Shown one piece after another: positions 11,683-24,520 of a stretch of DNA of 64,000 nucleotides (positions within the stretch are counted from its first letter, which is position 1; the number at the start of each line of letters is the position of its first letter). The stretch is taken from positions 265,422,001 to 265,486,000 of the forward strand of contig OZ024742.1 of the NCBI GenBank assembly GCA_964016885.1, in the 5' to 3' direction. Both the position numbers and the translations under genes were made by a program. Under the pieces are notes generated by a model. The model had not been told where the DNA came from and did not search any database. It saw only the letters and a program-made list of their open reading frames with translations. Source of the DNA: Eledone cirrhosa. Taxonomy: Eukaryota.

Positions 11683-12189
11683 TCATAACTCGTGTGTTAC
11701 ACCTCTATTCTTTTAAATATATATATATATATACGTGCGTGTGTGTGTATGTATATGTTTATGTGTGTCCGTGAGATTTCACCAAAAATATTACTTCCAC
11801 TATCACCTTAAAAACTTAACATCATATCTTTGTCACGCCACAAAATTCATCGTTGATATCTCCAAATTTTGAGACCGCTAACTTACACATTCCCTAACAA
11901 CATAGCTTGCGGTATGTCAGGATCTATTTGTATCAGCTTTTTCACCATCTTCGTAATGTGTTGAACGTCACTAAAAACAGATATTATATGATGTTAATAT
12001 ATTTCGACTATAGTAATATACTTCGGTATTTGTTCTTGTTTTCTGTGCTCTGAGTTCAAATCTTGTCGAGGTCATTTCGAGATCATTCAAATATACAACC
12101 AAAGAAAGTGGTGGAACACAGGTAGAACTTCGGTTGAGATGCCTTGCTAAATGATTTTTAGAACTCATTGCAGGATAAGCTGCAAAACT

Positions 12190-13230
12190 ATCTAATTGCA
12201 AAGCATCCAGAATAGAAGGCATGAGAATTTTCTGGCTGGAGAATGCTAAAACACCGAGCAAGGTACCAGAAAAGCTCTTAAATGTAAATCTCCGGAGTGG
12301 GAATATCCCGAATTGCATGTCTAAGAGCAAAATAACTCTGATCATGGAGGACAAATAGAATGTTTCTTTTTACTATGGAAACCATTAGCTAGTATGTTTG
12401 CCGAAAGTATCAACGCACACCTAGAGGAACAAAGCATGCGTTCTAGCAAATGGGAAAGGTGTCGGACAAATTCAACGGAGACATAAGACCAACTGGTAAT
12501 TGACAAGATGATAATTAGAAGCTGCAAGCGAAGAAAAGCTTGATTAGAAATGAGATGGACCAATTTCAAGAAAGCTTATGATGTGGTCACTCTGCCAAAA
12601 AGTTCCCACAAAGTTCAGAATTGCCGATAACATTACTAAACAGATAAAAGTCAGCTTGGCAGTGCGGCGAATGGAACAGCATGGGGACTCTCACTTAGGG
12701 GAGTATTTTCCAAGGTGATAGATTATTGCCTTTATTGTTTTTCATTGCCTACATACCACTTTTGCTAGAATAAAGAAATTTAAAAGCCAGATATAATTTA
12801 AGAAAAGACCAGAATAAAGTCAAATAGTTGTTATTCATTGATGACCTGCAGTTATATGGCAAGAATGAGACAAAACAGGAGAGGCTTGTCAGCTCGGTCA
12901 GATTATTTAGCAATGAGATAAACATGGGGTTTGATATTTCCAACGTGGAATACTTATGACGAATAGAGGCAAACAATAGAAGATATGGAATGAATACCAA
13001 ACATTGGGAAGATCTGTGAGACTGAGACATCAGATATAGCACTAAAATTGAGAATTTAAATAGGAAAGCAAATACGGCGATGACAACATATAGAGGTTTA
13101 TATCAACAGACAAATGTCGATAGGGTATATTTTAGCAGAAAAGAGGGATGGAGAGAACCAATAAGCATAGTGGAATATGTGAGGATAGAGGTAGAGAGCC
13201 TGTTGCTGGTAATGAAAAGGTGCTTTTAAT
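12190..13230 (+). pseudogene. Degraded RT region of an R4/Dong-like (RLE-type) non-LTR retrotransposon
   Basis: Frameshifted remnants KASRIEG, DQLVIDKMIIRSCKRRK, FKKAYDVV, FQGD and LLFIDDLQLY. Confidence 0.75.
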
Positions 13231-13286
13231 AGCTGTACAAAAAGTATCTAGATGAGAAGTTATTCCATTTGTTAAAGAGAGATTTG

Positions 13287-13383
<97 letters not shown>

Positions 13384-13414
13384 GTATATATGTATATGTA
13401 TATATGTATATATC

Positions 13415-13495
<81 letters not shown>

Positions 13496-13506
13496 ATATA
13501 TATATG

Positions 13507-13576
<70 letters not shown>

Positions 13577-13585
13577 TAGATAATT

Positions 13586-13880
13586 AGTTCGATTCTCGGA
13601 CCGAGTGATACGTTGGGTCCTTGAGCAAGACCCTTTATTTCACGTTGCTCCAGTTTATTCAGAAATGAGTTGCGACGGCACTGGTGCCGAATCGTATCGG
13701 CTATTGCATTTCGCTTGGACATCATCGATGGCGTGGGGAGGGGAGGCAGGTATGCATAGGCGACTGCTGGTCGTCCACTCGTCCACTAACAACTTTACCC
13801 GGACTTGTGCCTCGGAGGGGGAAATTGCTAGGTGCAAATCCCATGGTCATTCGTAACTGAAGAGGGTCTTTAGCCCTTAC
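13586..13880 (+). mobile_element. 5'-truncated tRNA/CORE-type SINE
   Basis: gttcgattctcggacc..ccttgagcaagaccctttatttcacgttgctccagt matches the copy at 24317. Confidence 0.75.
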
Positions 13881-13904
13881 CCTTTTTTTATATATATAGA
13901 GATG

Positions 13905-14150
13905 TTCATAGAATAATGAGAAAACAGCAAAATGCTATCAATGACACCGTTGGGTAAAAATTACCTCAAAGGACAGAAATGAGTGGCTAGAAGTGTATTG
14001 GCCCGCTATCACTTCTGCGAGTCAACACACTTCTAGCCACTGCCACTGATTTCTTTCCTTTGAGGTAATTTTTACCCGACGTTGTCATTGATAGCATTTT
14101 GCTGTTTTAACAGCTATTCCTGCGGTGAACTTTTCTCATTATTCTATGAA
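13905..14150. repeat. Imperfect ~245-bp fold-back
   Basis: ttcatagaataatgagaaaa..cagcaaaatgctatcaatgac..gtggctagaagtgt versus its reverse complement, centred near 14010. Confidence 0.88.
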
Positions 14151-14208
14151 TTCAAATACACTTGCGACCCATCTCAGTTTTCGAGAAAACAATCTTTATA
14201 TATATATA

Positions 14209-14286
<78 letters not shown>

Positions 14287-14409
14287 TGTATGTATAGTAT
14301 ATTTGGCAATATACTGTATGTTTAATTAAAAACATTTTGAAGACCATACGCTATCGGTTTTAAAATAGTGACTATGTCACTTACTTCTTTCGGCGAAAGA
14401 AGGGACATA

Positions 14410-14451
14410 AGCTAACAGTCTGTTTCACGCTGTTTGGCGATCATCAGAGCC
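14410..14451 (-). ncRNA. Minimal hammerhead ribozyme motif
   Basis: ggct-CTGATGA-tcgc-caaaca-gcgt-GAAA-cagactg-TT-agct. Confidence 0.75.
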
Positions 14452-14615
14452 ACGCAGCCCCCGCCCCCCTGCTTCCGCCGAAAATTATAGAAGCTGGATT
14501 CCTATAGAATTCCAGTAATAATCAGGCAATCGCTCTGTATAATCAGCTCCTGATTATTACTGGAATTCTATAAGAATCCAGCTTCTATAATTTTCGGCGG
14601 AAGCAGGGAGTGCGT

Positions 14616-14657
14616 GGCTCTGATGATCGCCAAACAGCGTGAAACAGACTGTTAACT
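14616..14657 (+). ncRNA. Minimal hammerhead ribozyme motif (third copy at 14931-14972 has GAAA->CAAA)
   Basis: ggct-CTGATGA-tcgccaaacagcgt-GAAA-cagactg-TT-aact. Confidence 0.72.
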
Positions 14658-15139
14658 TCTCTCCCTTCTTTCGCTGAAAAGAACTAAGTGACATAGTCAC
14701 TACTTTAAAACCGATAGCGTATGGTCTTCGAAATGTTTTTAATTAAACCTACGGTATATTGCCAAATATACTATACAAACATTCATGTATACATCGCTAT
14801 TTCAGAGCCCCAATCCTAATACTTAATTTTTGCTGGACCGGCAATCGCTCTGTATAATCAGCTCCTGATTATTACTGGAATTCTATAAGAATCCAGCTTC
14901 TATAATTTTCGGCGGAAATAGGGAGTGCGTGGATCTGATGATCGCCAAACAGCGTCAAACAGACTGTTAGCTTCTCTTCCTTCTTTCGCCGAAAAGAAGT
15001 AAGTGACATTTGACTACTTTAAAACTGATAGCGTATGGTCTTCAAAATGTTTTTAATTAAACATACGGCATATTGCCAAATATACTATACATACATTCCA
15101 TTCATGTATACATCGATATTTCAGAGCACCAATCCTAAT

Positions 15140-15189
<50 letters not shown>

Positions 15190-15194
<5 letters not shown>

Positions 15195-15811
15195 TATCCA
15201 TTGGATTCTGGGGTTTTACAAAGCGAAACTGATCAGTAAGGGCCATTAGAAGAGGTAAATATTTATATTATATTTTTTAATTTATTTTAAAAAATTGGTT
15301 GAATTTTACTCGTTCTGCTTATCTTAATATTAAAGTTCTGGTATATAAAATTAATACCATTCAACAACCTTGAATCATAGACAACCTATGTATTTCTAGG
15401 GGTACTTAGTATCTTTGGACATATTAACTTCATTCATTATTCTCCGTTATGTAGAGAACAAATCTGTTGTTCTATTTAGCGGCTATTTTTTTTTAGTAGT
15501 AATAATAGACAGCAAGTCTGTGGTTTTCCCGCTTTTACTTCGGTCCGTTTTACATACGGGTCACTTTTACAACCTTTAAGACCTGTATTAGCTAGCAGGA
15601 GGTCATATATTTTATCGTTCCTGGGTCGTTTAGCCCTAGGAAAGGAAAATGCTTCTCTGATGAGCTTTGGTTTTCCATCAGATATCCATTGGATTCTGGG
15701 GTTTTACAAAGCGAAACTGATCAGTAAGGGCCATTAGAAGAGGTAAATATTTATATTATATTTTTTAATTTATTTTAAAAAATTGGTTGAATTTTACTTG
15801 TTCTGCTTATC

Positions 15812-15820
<9 letters not shown>
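15190..15820 (+). mobile_element. ~490-bp unit plus ~140-bp terminal direct repeat, flanked by (TA)n (PLE/retrozyme-like)
   Basis: 15190-15330 is nearly identical to 15680-15820. Confidence 0.75.
15653..15730 (+). ncRNA. Hammerhead ribozyme motif
   Basis: ttct-CTGATGA-gctttg...caaagc-GAAA-ctgatcag-TA-aggg. Stem II closes with 6 bp and stem III is the palindrome actgatcagt. Confidence 0.8.
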
Positions 15821-15880
<60 letters not shown>

Positions 15881-15894
15881 ATGTATGTATGTAT

Positions 15895-16095
15895 GTAAAA
15901 GGTAAACAGAAATAACAACACAATCGGTGCAGTATATGGAAGGAATGTATTAGTTTAATGCTTGAAATAGCAAGAAGTGGGTCTTAACGTTTCAGACGCT
16001 AGTCCTTCATCAAAAGAAAGAATGAGAAATTAGAAAGATTGAAGGGCGGAATCGGAAAAAATGTTTTTAGAGAAAAATAACAGGTTCATTTATGT
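15895..16095 (-). mobile_element. Diverged copy of the PLE-like fragment seen at 5860-6075 / 6240-6450
   Basis: gtaaaaggtaaacagaaataacaacac... is shared; the HHR core has decayed to TTGATGA. Confidence 0.75.
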
Positions 16096-16176
16096 ATATA
16101 TATATATATATATATAAGGAAAAGGTTCAGGACCCCAACGGCAGAGCTCAAGCCGTTTCGACGGCTATTTCTGGAC

Positions 16177-16214
<38 letters not shown>

Positions 16215-16289
16215 GGAGAGAGAGGAGGAGAGAGAGAGAGAAAGAGAGAGAGAGTGAGAGAGAGATAGAAGGAAACAGAAAATAAAGAA

Positions 16290-16740
16290 GACATCTCGGT
16301 TGCATGTAGAATTTGTAGTAAAACATTATACGAACACGACAAAGTTGTCACAATCGTACATTGACAAATGTGTGAAAAATTTGAATTTAATATGCAAAGA
16401 AGTGGTATGACTACAAACTAAAACGTGTCTTTCAACACAACCATGTAAAAGTATTATGATACATGAAGATTTAAGCGAATAAGCAAATGGACCATTCATG
16501 CCTTGCTATTGTTATACTCAATAAACATTTATTGTATTCTAGAACGTTAAACAATTGCCGTGAGCAAATAAGAGAAAAGTACCAGAATCCGGAATATGAA
16601 ATGCAGAAAATTTGAAGTTGTTATCCTCCCATTTGTAATAGGAACTTTAGGGACCGTATCTCAAAGTTTCGATGGTTGGCTGAAGATGTTGGATATTGAG
16701 ATAAATTTCCTGTCTCTACAGAAAACGTTTTGTCTTGTCA
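16290..16740 (+). pseudogene. C-terminal zinc-knuckle/RLE region of an R4/Dong-like LINE
   Basis: Remnants CRICSK, HDKVVTIVH, KWYDYK and ILPFVIGTLGTVSQSFDGWLKMLDIEINFLSLQK. Confidence 0.7.
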
Positions 16741-17044
16741 TAGAAAGATCTATACGAAAGGTGTAAGACTGCAGGAGACAGCTTGATATCCAAATACCAA
16801 TAGAGAAGCAATGGAATGCTGAGTAAAGTGAAGAAAATAAAAGGAATTTCTAATCTCGACATAAAGGCAACAACTTGGATGCGGGAATAGTCAATTAAAT
16901 CCATCCTAGGAATAAAGTACCAGTCAATTACTGGGGTTGATTTTCATTGACTATTCTCTTCCCCAAGTTGCTGGCGTTTCTTTTGCCTTGTTTCTTTGCT
17001 GTTGTATTTTTGTGTGTGTCTAAATTAGAGATCATTACGCAAGA

Positions 17045-17250
17045 GGGGTGGATTGGCAGTATCGGTAGAGTGTCAAACAACATGCTTCATGGCATATAGT
17101 TACGAGCTTTTACATTCCTAGTTCAAATCCCGCCGAGGTTAGCTTTGCGTTTCATCCTTACGGGGTCGATAAAATAAAGTACCTGTAACACACTGGGTCC
17201 ACTTCCCCTTCCCTTCAAATTGCTGACCTTGAGCCAAAAGTAGAAACATT
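17045..17250 (+). mobile_element. tRNA-derived SINE; a truncated inverted copy follows at ~17325-17410
   Basis: ggattggcagtatcggtagagtgtc...gttcaaatcccgccgaggttagctttgcgtttcatccttacggggtcgataaaataaagtacc. Confidence 0.85.
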
Positions 17251-18994
17251 ATTCTTACAATTACTATTTATAACATTGATAGAAAGTTGGATGAAGGGGA
17301 AATTAGGTTATATCAAACAAACTTAACTGGTACTTCATTTTATCGACCCCTGAAGGATGATAATAAAGTTGACCTTGGCAGAACTTGAACTCAAAACATA
17401 CAGAGCCGGAACAAAATATATAAAATCGATAGACGACCATTCTATGGAGCAACGAAAGATCACCCAAAGATTATATTAACAGTTACATAAATCTGGTCAA
17501 ATCATGTTTATGAAAACCGATGCAATCACCAATAACTCCAGATTAAACGAAATAATATATTCATCAGTCATTGAAGATACAAATTTAAGCGAGTAGTCTA
17601 TCAGATATACTACTGTAGGAATATCAGAACCTAAGAAAACACGGAAAGGATATTGATAGATAGAAAATAAAGGAAAAGATATCTCGATACTTAATCAAAT
17701 CAAAAATTAAAAAGAAGTGTGACAAATATAACATTAACAAATAAACAAAAGTATCCGGAATCAAAGAATGCATGTATTACGTGAAATAGCAAAGTAGTTA
17801 TTATTACGGAAAACGACAAAGTTTCTGTGAGCAAAACAAACTCGACTCCAACCCAAAAGGATGTAAAATTGAGTTCAAATTCCCCCGATGTTAGCTTTGC
17901 TTTTCATCCTTACGGGATCGATAAAACAAAGCACTGGTGCGAATCAATTTGTTTTGTTCACATTTGCAAATACCCACCGTTTCCAGGATTTTATGAAAAT
18001 CGGTGGTTACATAGCCCGATGAACCCTCGATAAGAAGTAAAGATACACATTTATTGCCTTCATACGCTTAGGTGAGAAATTCCCATCTACTCGACAGCTG
18101 AGATCTACAATTTTTGTTCTCTGACTTATTGAACTACATCAGGTCTGTTATGTTTGCATTGGATTACTGTATATTGGAATATTCCATGGATATTCCTTAT
18201 TTCTAACATTAACTGGCTCCGTGCCGTCAAAAATGACGGCTAACTGTAATATATATACATAATATAAAAAAGAGTTGTTTGTTTGTTGATTGGTTGGTCG
18301 GTTGGTTCCTACACGTTTGATCACACAAGTGATACAAACATACAAACACACAGCTGTGACGAATCTTAGAACGTTGGACTTCTATAGTTTCTCACCCCTT
18401 TCTCCGTCATCACATAGATGTGTGTGTATTAGACACCCCTTCCTTCCTCAGTCGACGTAATCACCCCTTCTCTCTTCAATCATCTCTAGTGTATGACAGA
18501 CAAATACACAAGGCTATTATATTAGTAGGTTATGGATACATACTGCTACCTGTGAGACTGTGTTATGACAGAAAGGATAACATTTCTACGGAAGGTCATT
18601 TTATCCTGTTTCTCAATTGTGGTGGCATAACTTCCTAGGTGGGGTGTATTTATCACAGGCCTAGGAGAGACTACTATTCTGTTAATTTTGTTTGTATCAT
18701 CTAGCTTGTGAGATATGTACCCATGCAGAAGTTTGTGCTGATAAGAGGATTCCTTCTCCTCCACCTTTCTGTTTAAGTAGGTTCGTTCATATGGATCACA
18801 CATACTCATGAAATGTTATTTTTCACTGTTGAGTATACGTGGTGTACTCATTTCGCTTTTTACTGTTCAACAGGTGTTGTATTAGTGATGAGATCCGGCA
18901 TTCTAAGGCCGCATCGTCTGACCTTCTCTTTTGCTTCCATCTATGTATATGTATGTATGTATGTATGAATGTACGTATGTATATGTATGTATGT

Positions 18995-19038
<44 letters not shown>

Positions 19039-19812
19039 GTATGTGTCAGTGTATGTTTGCATGTTTGTGGTATGCATTAATGTACGTATGTATGCGTGTG
19101 TATATGTAGCTGCGTATAGTTGCATGTATATATGTGTTTATGTGGGTATGTATGTATATATGTATGTGTTATGTGTGCTTGTATAACTACGTATGTATGA
19201 ATATATGTTTGTAAGTAGGTGTAATTACCTTGTTTTCTCAAATATCTTTCCTCGTTTCTTCCTACACCCTTACTACCCCTTCCCTCTACTCTCACTCCGC
19301 CCTCGCTTCCCCTACTCCCCCTTTATTCCTTACCTTGGTCACCAACCAACAAACCGATCATCTTACCTGTTATCAGCAAGTTCAGTAGAATAAACAAAAA
19401 AGAAGCAAAACACCCCCCCAGCCCTAGACAACCACCTCCCTCGCTCACCACCACCGCTAACACCCCCCACCAGCCAACACCACCACCGCCACCAGCATCA
19501 TCACTAACACCGCAACAACAACAGAAGTTATTTTCATGCCAATGCCAAATATTCCATCTTCACCTCCTTCACCTCTCATACTTCCCCATCACCAACCCAC
19601 CTGCCTTATCGTACCCTTCCCCCTCCTTCATCTCCCCCTCCTCCTTTCTCTATTTCACCATTACATAAATAGTTTACATTTTTCTATATTGAGTCACAGC
19701 ATGAGCAACTGTAACGGCTCCGATCTATGAATGAACTTTTCGTTCGTGTAACATAGCCTCGTTCTGGTCACTTGTTGCTGATTGGTTGAATTGATTATTC
19801 TAACAATTCTGC

Positions 19813-19862
<50 letters not shown>

Positions 19863-20886
19863 TTGTGTGTGTATATACATATATTAACACAGAGGTATAT
19901 ATGGTGGGATGGGGGCGCATGTGTGTGTGCATAACCAGTTTGAAAGTGTACGTGCGTGTTCATGTGAATGTTTGTATGGAAGAACACAGTAACATTATAT
20001 TAGAAAGCTGGCGGGCGATTGGTAGCCAAGAGCTATAGAGTACCCAATGTCTTGCATGATTTTGTTATTCTGAGTTCAAATACCGCTTGTACCAATTTAT
20101 CTCTTGAGCTTTTCGGGGGGCTTTAATACACATTTACTGGCGTTAACTTAATGGATGACACACCTCTTTTCTAGCAGTAATATATATTCTAATGTAAAGG
20201 TGCATTGCTATAATTGAAGCTAGACGAGATTGTTCTAGAATGTTCTGTGGTATTTCATTTAGGTACCATAGAATTTTCAGTTGAAATCACGCCATGGCAA
20301 ATATTCCACATTGTTTATATCCGTTTAGTTGAGTGATTTGGTATTCTATATATTATGTATGTATGTATGTATGTATGTATGTATGTATGTATGTATGTAT
20401 GTATGTATGTATGTATGTATGTACGCATGTATGTACGCATGTATGTAGATGCGTATATGTGTGTATGTGTGTGTATGTATATGTGCATTATGTGTGTATG
20501 TATATGTGCATGTATGTGTGTGTGTGTATATATATGTAAATATGTGTATGTATGTGTGCATGTATGTATGTGTGTATATATATGTAAGTATAGTTGTACA
20601 TGTGTGTATGTGTATGTATGTATGTTCTGGTTTTATAATTTCACGAATTTTTGCCAATAGAGAGAGAGAGAGTCAGTTTCTAACATAGATACAAGACTTT
20701 CTCATTGGAATTTACACAACATCAACTAGGTAGATATGTATGCTTGTCTGCATGTCTGCATGTGTAGATATGGATGTTATTGTATGTTTGGATGTGTATA
20801 TTTTGAGTTGTATGTGTGCATGTGTATATGCTTTGTATCTTTACATGTGTATATGCTTTGTATCTGTACATGTGTATATGCAGTTA

Positions 20887-21112
20887 TTAGATGCAACATT
20901 TTTGGAAAGTTTTACATATTTTTACCGTTCCATTAATGGATTGTACTTGTAATTTCCTAACTAGTTGTGTTCTCTCTGTTCCTGAGAAGCCCAGCTTCTC
21001 AAGATTTGTATTTAGGCAGTTACTAACATATCCCAGTACCCCAATAATCACAGGCATAAATCTGAAGGTGTAATCAGGATGGAGTTTCTGCAGATTTCTC
21101 ATCAGTTCTGCA
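20887..21112 (-). pseudogene. 3' end of an RLE-type non-LTR retrotransposon ORF
   Basis: LHPDYTFRFMPVIIGVLGYVSNCLNTNLEKLGF resembles the post-RLE 'P.IIGALG' C-terminal motif. Confidence 0.7.
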
Positions 21113-21204
21113 TAAAATGTATGTATGTGTGTATGTATGTATGTATGTATGTATGTATGTATGTATGTATGTATGTATGTATGTATGTATGTATGTATGT
21201 ATGT

Positions 21205-21372
21205 ATGGGCCCAGCACTATGTGTCAATAATTGTCACAAGTGTAGTGTTTGTACCAGAGTTTTCAAGTCGCTGGCTGGACTAAAAAGTCACACTCGTTCA
21301 GCGCATCGGTAGGGGTTCTCCTACATGGATATAAAGTAGTGACTGTACTCGAAAACGAGTTGGCAGCCACCA
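21205..21372 (+). mobile_element. 3' end of an RTE-clade LINE (C-terminal C2H2-like finger) embedded in (TATG)n
   Basis: CSVCTRVFKSLAGLKSHTRSAH* followed by a short UTR; (TATG)n lies on both sides. Confidence 0.6.
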
Positions 21373-21689
21373 TGTATGTATGTGTGTGTGTATGTATGTA
21401 TGTATGTATGTATGTATGTATGTATGTATGTATGTATGTATGTATGTATGTATGTATGTATGTATTTAATAACGAGTAAGTCCTCGTGTAAACGTAGCGT
21501 CACCGTAGTAACTTACGATTTCTACCAGAGGAAATGAGAGATAGAGACGAAGTCTGAAAGAGATATATAGGTCAGAGAATCAGAAAGAAAGCCGCAATGC
21601 ATTCTATCCAACGTTCTACTCACTCAGTCTATTGACTCTTCTACTCTTCAATACTACGACTCAGAACTAAAACATTTACTGCATGGCGT

Positions 21690-22130
21690 CTTAAACCGGA
21701 ACTGATAGGTGACACACTGTAGAAATACTACCTCACTTAAACCGGAACTGATAGGTGACACACTGTAGAAATATTGCCTCAACTAAACCGGAGCTGATAG
21801 GTGTCACACTATAGAAATATTGCCTCAACTAAACCGGAGCTGATAGGTGTCACACTATAGAAATATTGCCTCAACTAAACCGGAGCTGATAGGTGTCACA
21901 CTATAGAAATATTGCCTCAACTAAACCGGAGCTGATAGGTGTCACACTATAGAAATATTGCCTCAACTAAACCGGAGCTGATAGGTGTCACACTATAGAA
22001 ATACTGCCTCACTGAAACCGGAACGTTCAGCTGCCACACTGTAGAAATACTGCTTTACTTAAACCGGAATGGTTAGATGACAAACTGCCTTACTTAATCC
22101 AGAACGGTTAGATGACACCGTATGGAAATA
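21690..22130. repeat. Minisatellite, 46-bp unit, ~9 copies
   Basis: aaaccggagctgataggtgtcacactatagaaatattgcctcaact starts at 21693, 21739, 21785, 21831, 21877, 21923, 21969, 22015 and 22061. Confidence 0.95.
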
Positions 22131-22242
22131 ATGCTTTAATTAATACGAAATAGTTAAATTCCACAATACAGAAATATTGCTTTACCACTATTTGGTGGCG
22201 AATTAGCTGAGTCATCAGAGTGCAGGACAAAATGTTTTACGG

Positions 22243-22460
22243 CAGGCATGTTAAATATGCGGCACGCGGGCCACGTGCGGCCCTTTACAAGCAGACCTGC
22301 GGCTTGCACAAAGATGTTTACAGCGCGAGCATGTTTTATCTTTGTAATATAAAATGAAAAAAATAGTTGTAATGTGCGCAATTAGTTGTCGTGTGTGACC
22401 CTCAGACAACACATATGTGATCCATGTGGTCCTCGGGGGACCCTCAGTTTGACAATCCTA
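22243..22460. mobile_element. hAT-type (Charlie-like) MITE
   Basis: Ends caggcatgttaaa... and ...tttgacaatcct, with internal gcgggccacgtgcggccc / gtggtcctcgggg subterminal motifs. Confidence 0.55.
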
Positions 22461-23233
22461 TTTTACGGTATTGTTCCAACGCTTTGCGCACTGTGTTCAA
22501 ATACCACCAGAGTCAACATTGCATTTCATCCTTTCAGGATCGATAAAATACCTCTTCTTAACTCATGGGTATCTTTAGCGGAGCCTTCTCGGTTACAAGC
22601 CTTCGAAGCAGACTTGAGGATAACTTCCATCCCCCAGTCGCGCCCTCAAGTCGTGGAGGCCCTGACTAAATTGTAAAAAACGAAAAAAAAAAAAAAAAAT
22701 AGACATTAAAAATATTTAAAAAACCCAGAAATGTTGCCTTATTTAAACCGAAACTATTATTTACAAAACCACAGAAAAAAGAGACTATTATTTCCTCACA
22801 TAAAAACACTACCTTACGGTCCCCTACCAAACAACGATACAGCTTCGTTATTTTTTGGCAGTAAGCCACAAATACGACAAGAAAAGAAATTATAGAGGGG
22901 TATCGGGTGGTGGTCAGGAGACTGTGTGACGTTCATGCCTTTGCCTAAGAGCAGATCATTAGCGACCGTAACGAAATAACAACATAGAAAGAATAACTGG
23001 TGTTACCATCTAACAAACTAGCAACACGGAAAACACAACCCAGCCCCTATCATAGTCTTTTGACACCTGATACGTACACCTGCCAAAGTCAATTACGATA
23101 ATAAACACAATAAAAAAAAGATGACATTTTGGTGGGTGAGGTGTGCAATTCAAGACATTAACAACCCCCACAACTACCTATCTCTTCCATTCACCCGTAG
23201 TTATAAATAGCGACACACTCTTTTGTCTTTTTC

Positions 23234-23272
<39 letters not shown>

Positions 23273-23417
23273 ACTCTCTCCCCCGCCTCTCTCTCCCTCT
23301 CTCTCTCTCTCTTAGTATGAATTTGACATTGCTAAAGAATGTATAATGGTTATATGTTTAAATATTTCCGCTTTCAATCACACATACACACACACACACA
23401 CATACATACATACATTA

Positions 23418-23483
<66 letters not shown>

Positions 23484-23795
23484 ATGAGTGTGTGTTTCTG
23501 TGGATGTATGAGTGTGTGTGTGTATTGTGTATAAATATATAGTGGATATGTAGGCATTTAGACATGTGTGATTGCATTAAATATGTGTGTGTATGTACAG
23601 CTGTACACAAACACAGTACTAAACAAAATATTTCTCATCTTCTGTTTCATTCTCTCTCCCTTTCGCTGTCAGTTCCTCTTCTCTCTGTCACTCCTCTCTT
23701 TCTCTCTTACTGTATATGTGTGTCTGAAAGCACGTATGAGTGAGTATGCATATATATTTGTATACATATATACATATTCACTGATCCACTCACAC

Positions 23796-23904
<109 letters not shown>

Positions 23905-24120
23905 TAATAACATATTAAAGTGTAAGCAAAGAATTGCGTGCTTTCACCCTTAACGGGGTCGTCAGAAGATCCCGTTAAGGGTGAAAGCAGCGATTCTTTG
24001 CTTAAACTTTAATCTGTTATTTTAATAAATATTTTATCTATGGTTCTTATATATTGGATATATATTTATACTTATCGAGCCCTCTTTGGATTTTAGTTTT
24101 CACATTTATTATTATTACTA
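23905..24120. mobile_element. PLE-terminus mini-element with a short fold-back over an HHR-like core
   Basis: gctttcacccttaacggggtcgtcag-aagatcccgttaagggtgaaagc; the minus strand reads CTGACGA-cccc-gttaa-gggt-GAAA. Confidence 0.6.
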
Positions 24121-24214
24121 TATATATATATAGTACGGTAAATACTAGTGTTGGTACCAAATCAAGCATACTATGCACAGGCAGAGTGTATATAATAGAA
24201 ACAACGAGGATGTT

Positions 24215-24262
<48 letters not shown>

Positions 24263-24316
24263 ACGCATGTGTGTGTGTGTGTGTGCATGTATGTGAGTTT
24301 AAATATATATATATGA

Positions 24317-24520
24317 AGGCGCATGGCTTAGTGGTTAGAGCATTGGGCTTGCAATTGAAAGGTTGTGAGTTCAATTCTCGGACCGGGTGATGTGTTGTTT
24401 CTTTGAGCAAGACACTTTATTTCACGTTGCTCCAGTTTACTCAGCTGTAGAAATGAGTACCGGCCTGCCCGCCCAGCCAGAGGGATGGCGTTATCTTATG
24501 GCTAAAACAGCACGTGCTGT
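24317..24520 (+). mobile_element. tRNA-derived CORE-type SINE
   Basis: A-box tggcttagtggttagagc, B-box gagttcaattctc, then ctttgagcaagacacttt. Confidence 0.85.

Larger units (their letters stand above)
14282..15140. mobile_element. PLE pseudo-LTR cluster: one inverted and two tandem ~315-bp units, each with a hammerhead motif
   Basis: 14282-14526 is the reverse complement of 14550-14786. The unit ggcaatcgctctgtataatcagctcc starts at both 14525 and 14840. Confidence 0.85.

Noticed and set aside
21690-22130. Regular repeat array as a CRISPR
   Set aside because: Units are head-to-tail with no unique spacers, the context is eukaryotic and there are no cas genes.
24317-24390. tRNA gene
   Set aside because: A and B boxes are present, but there is no complete cloverleaf and the sequence continues into a SINE core.
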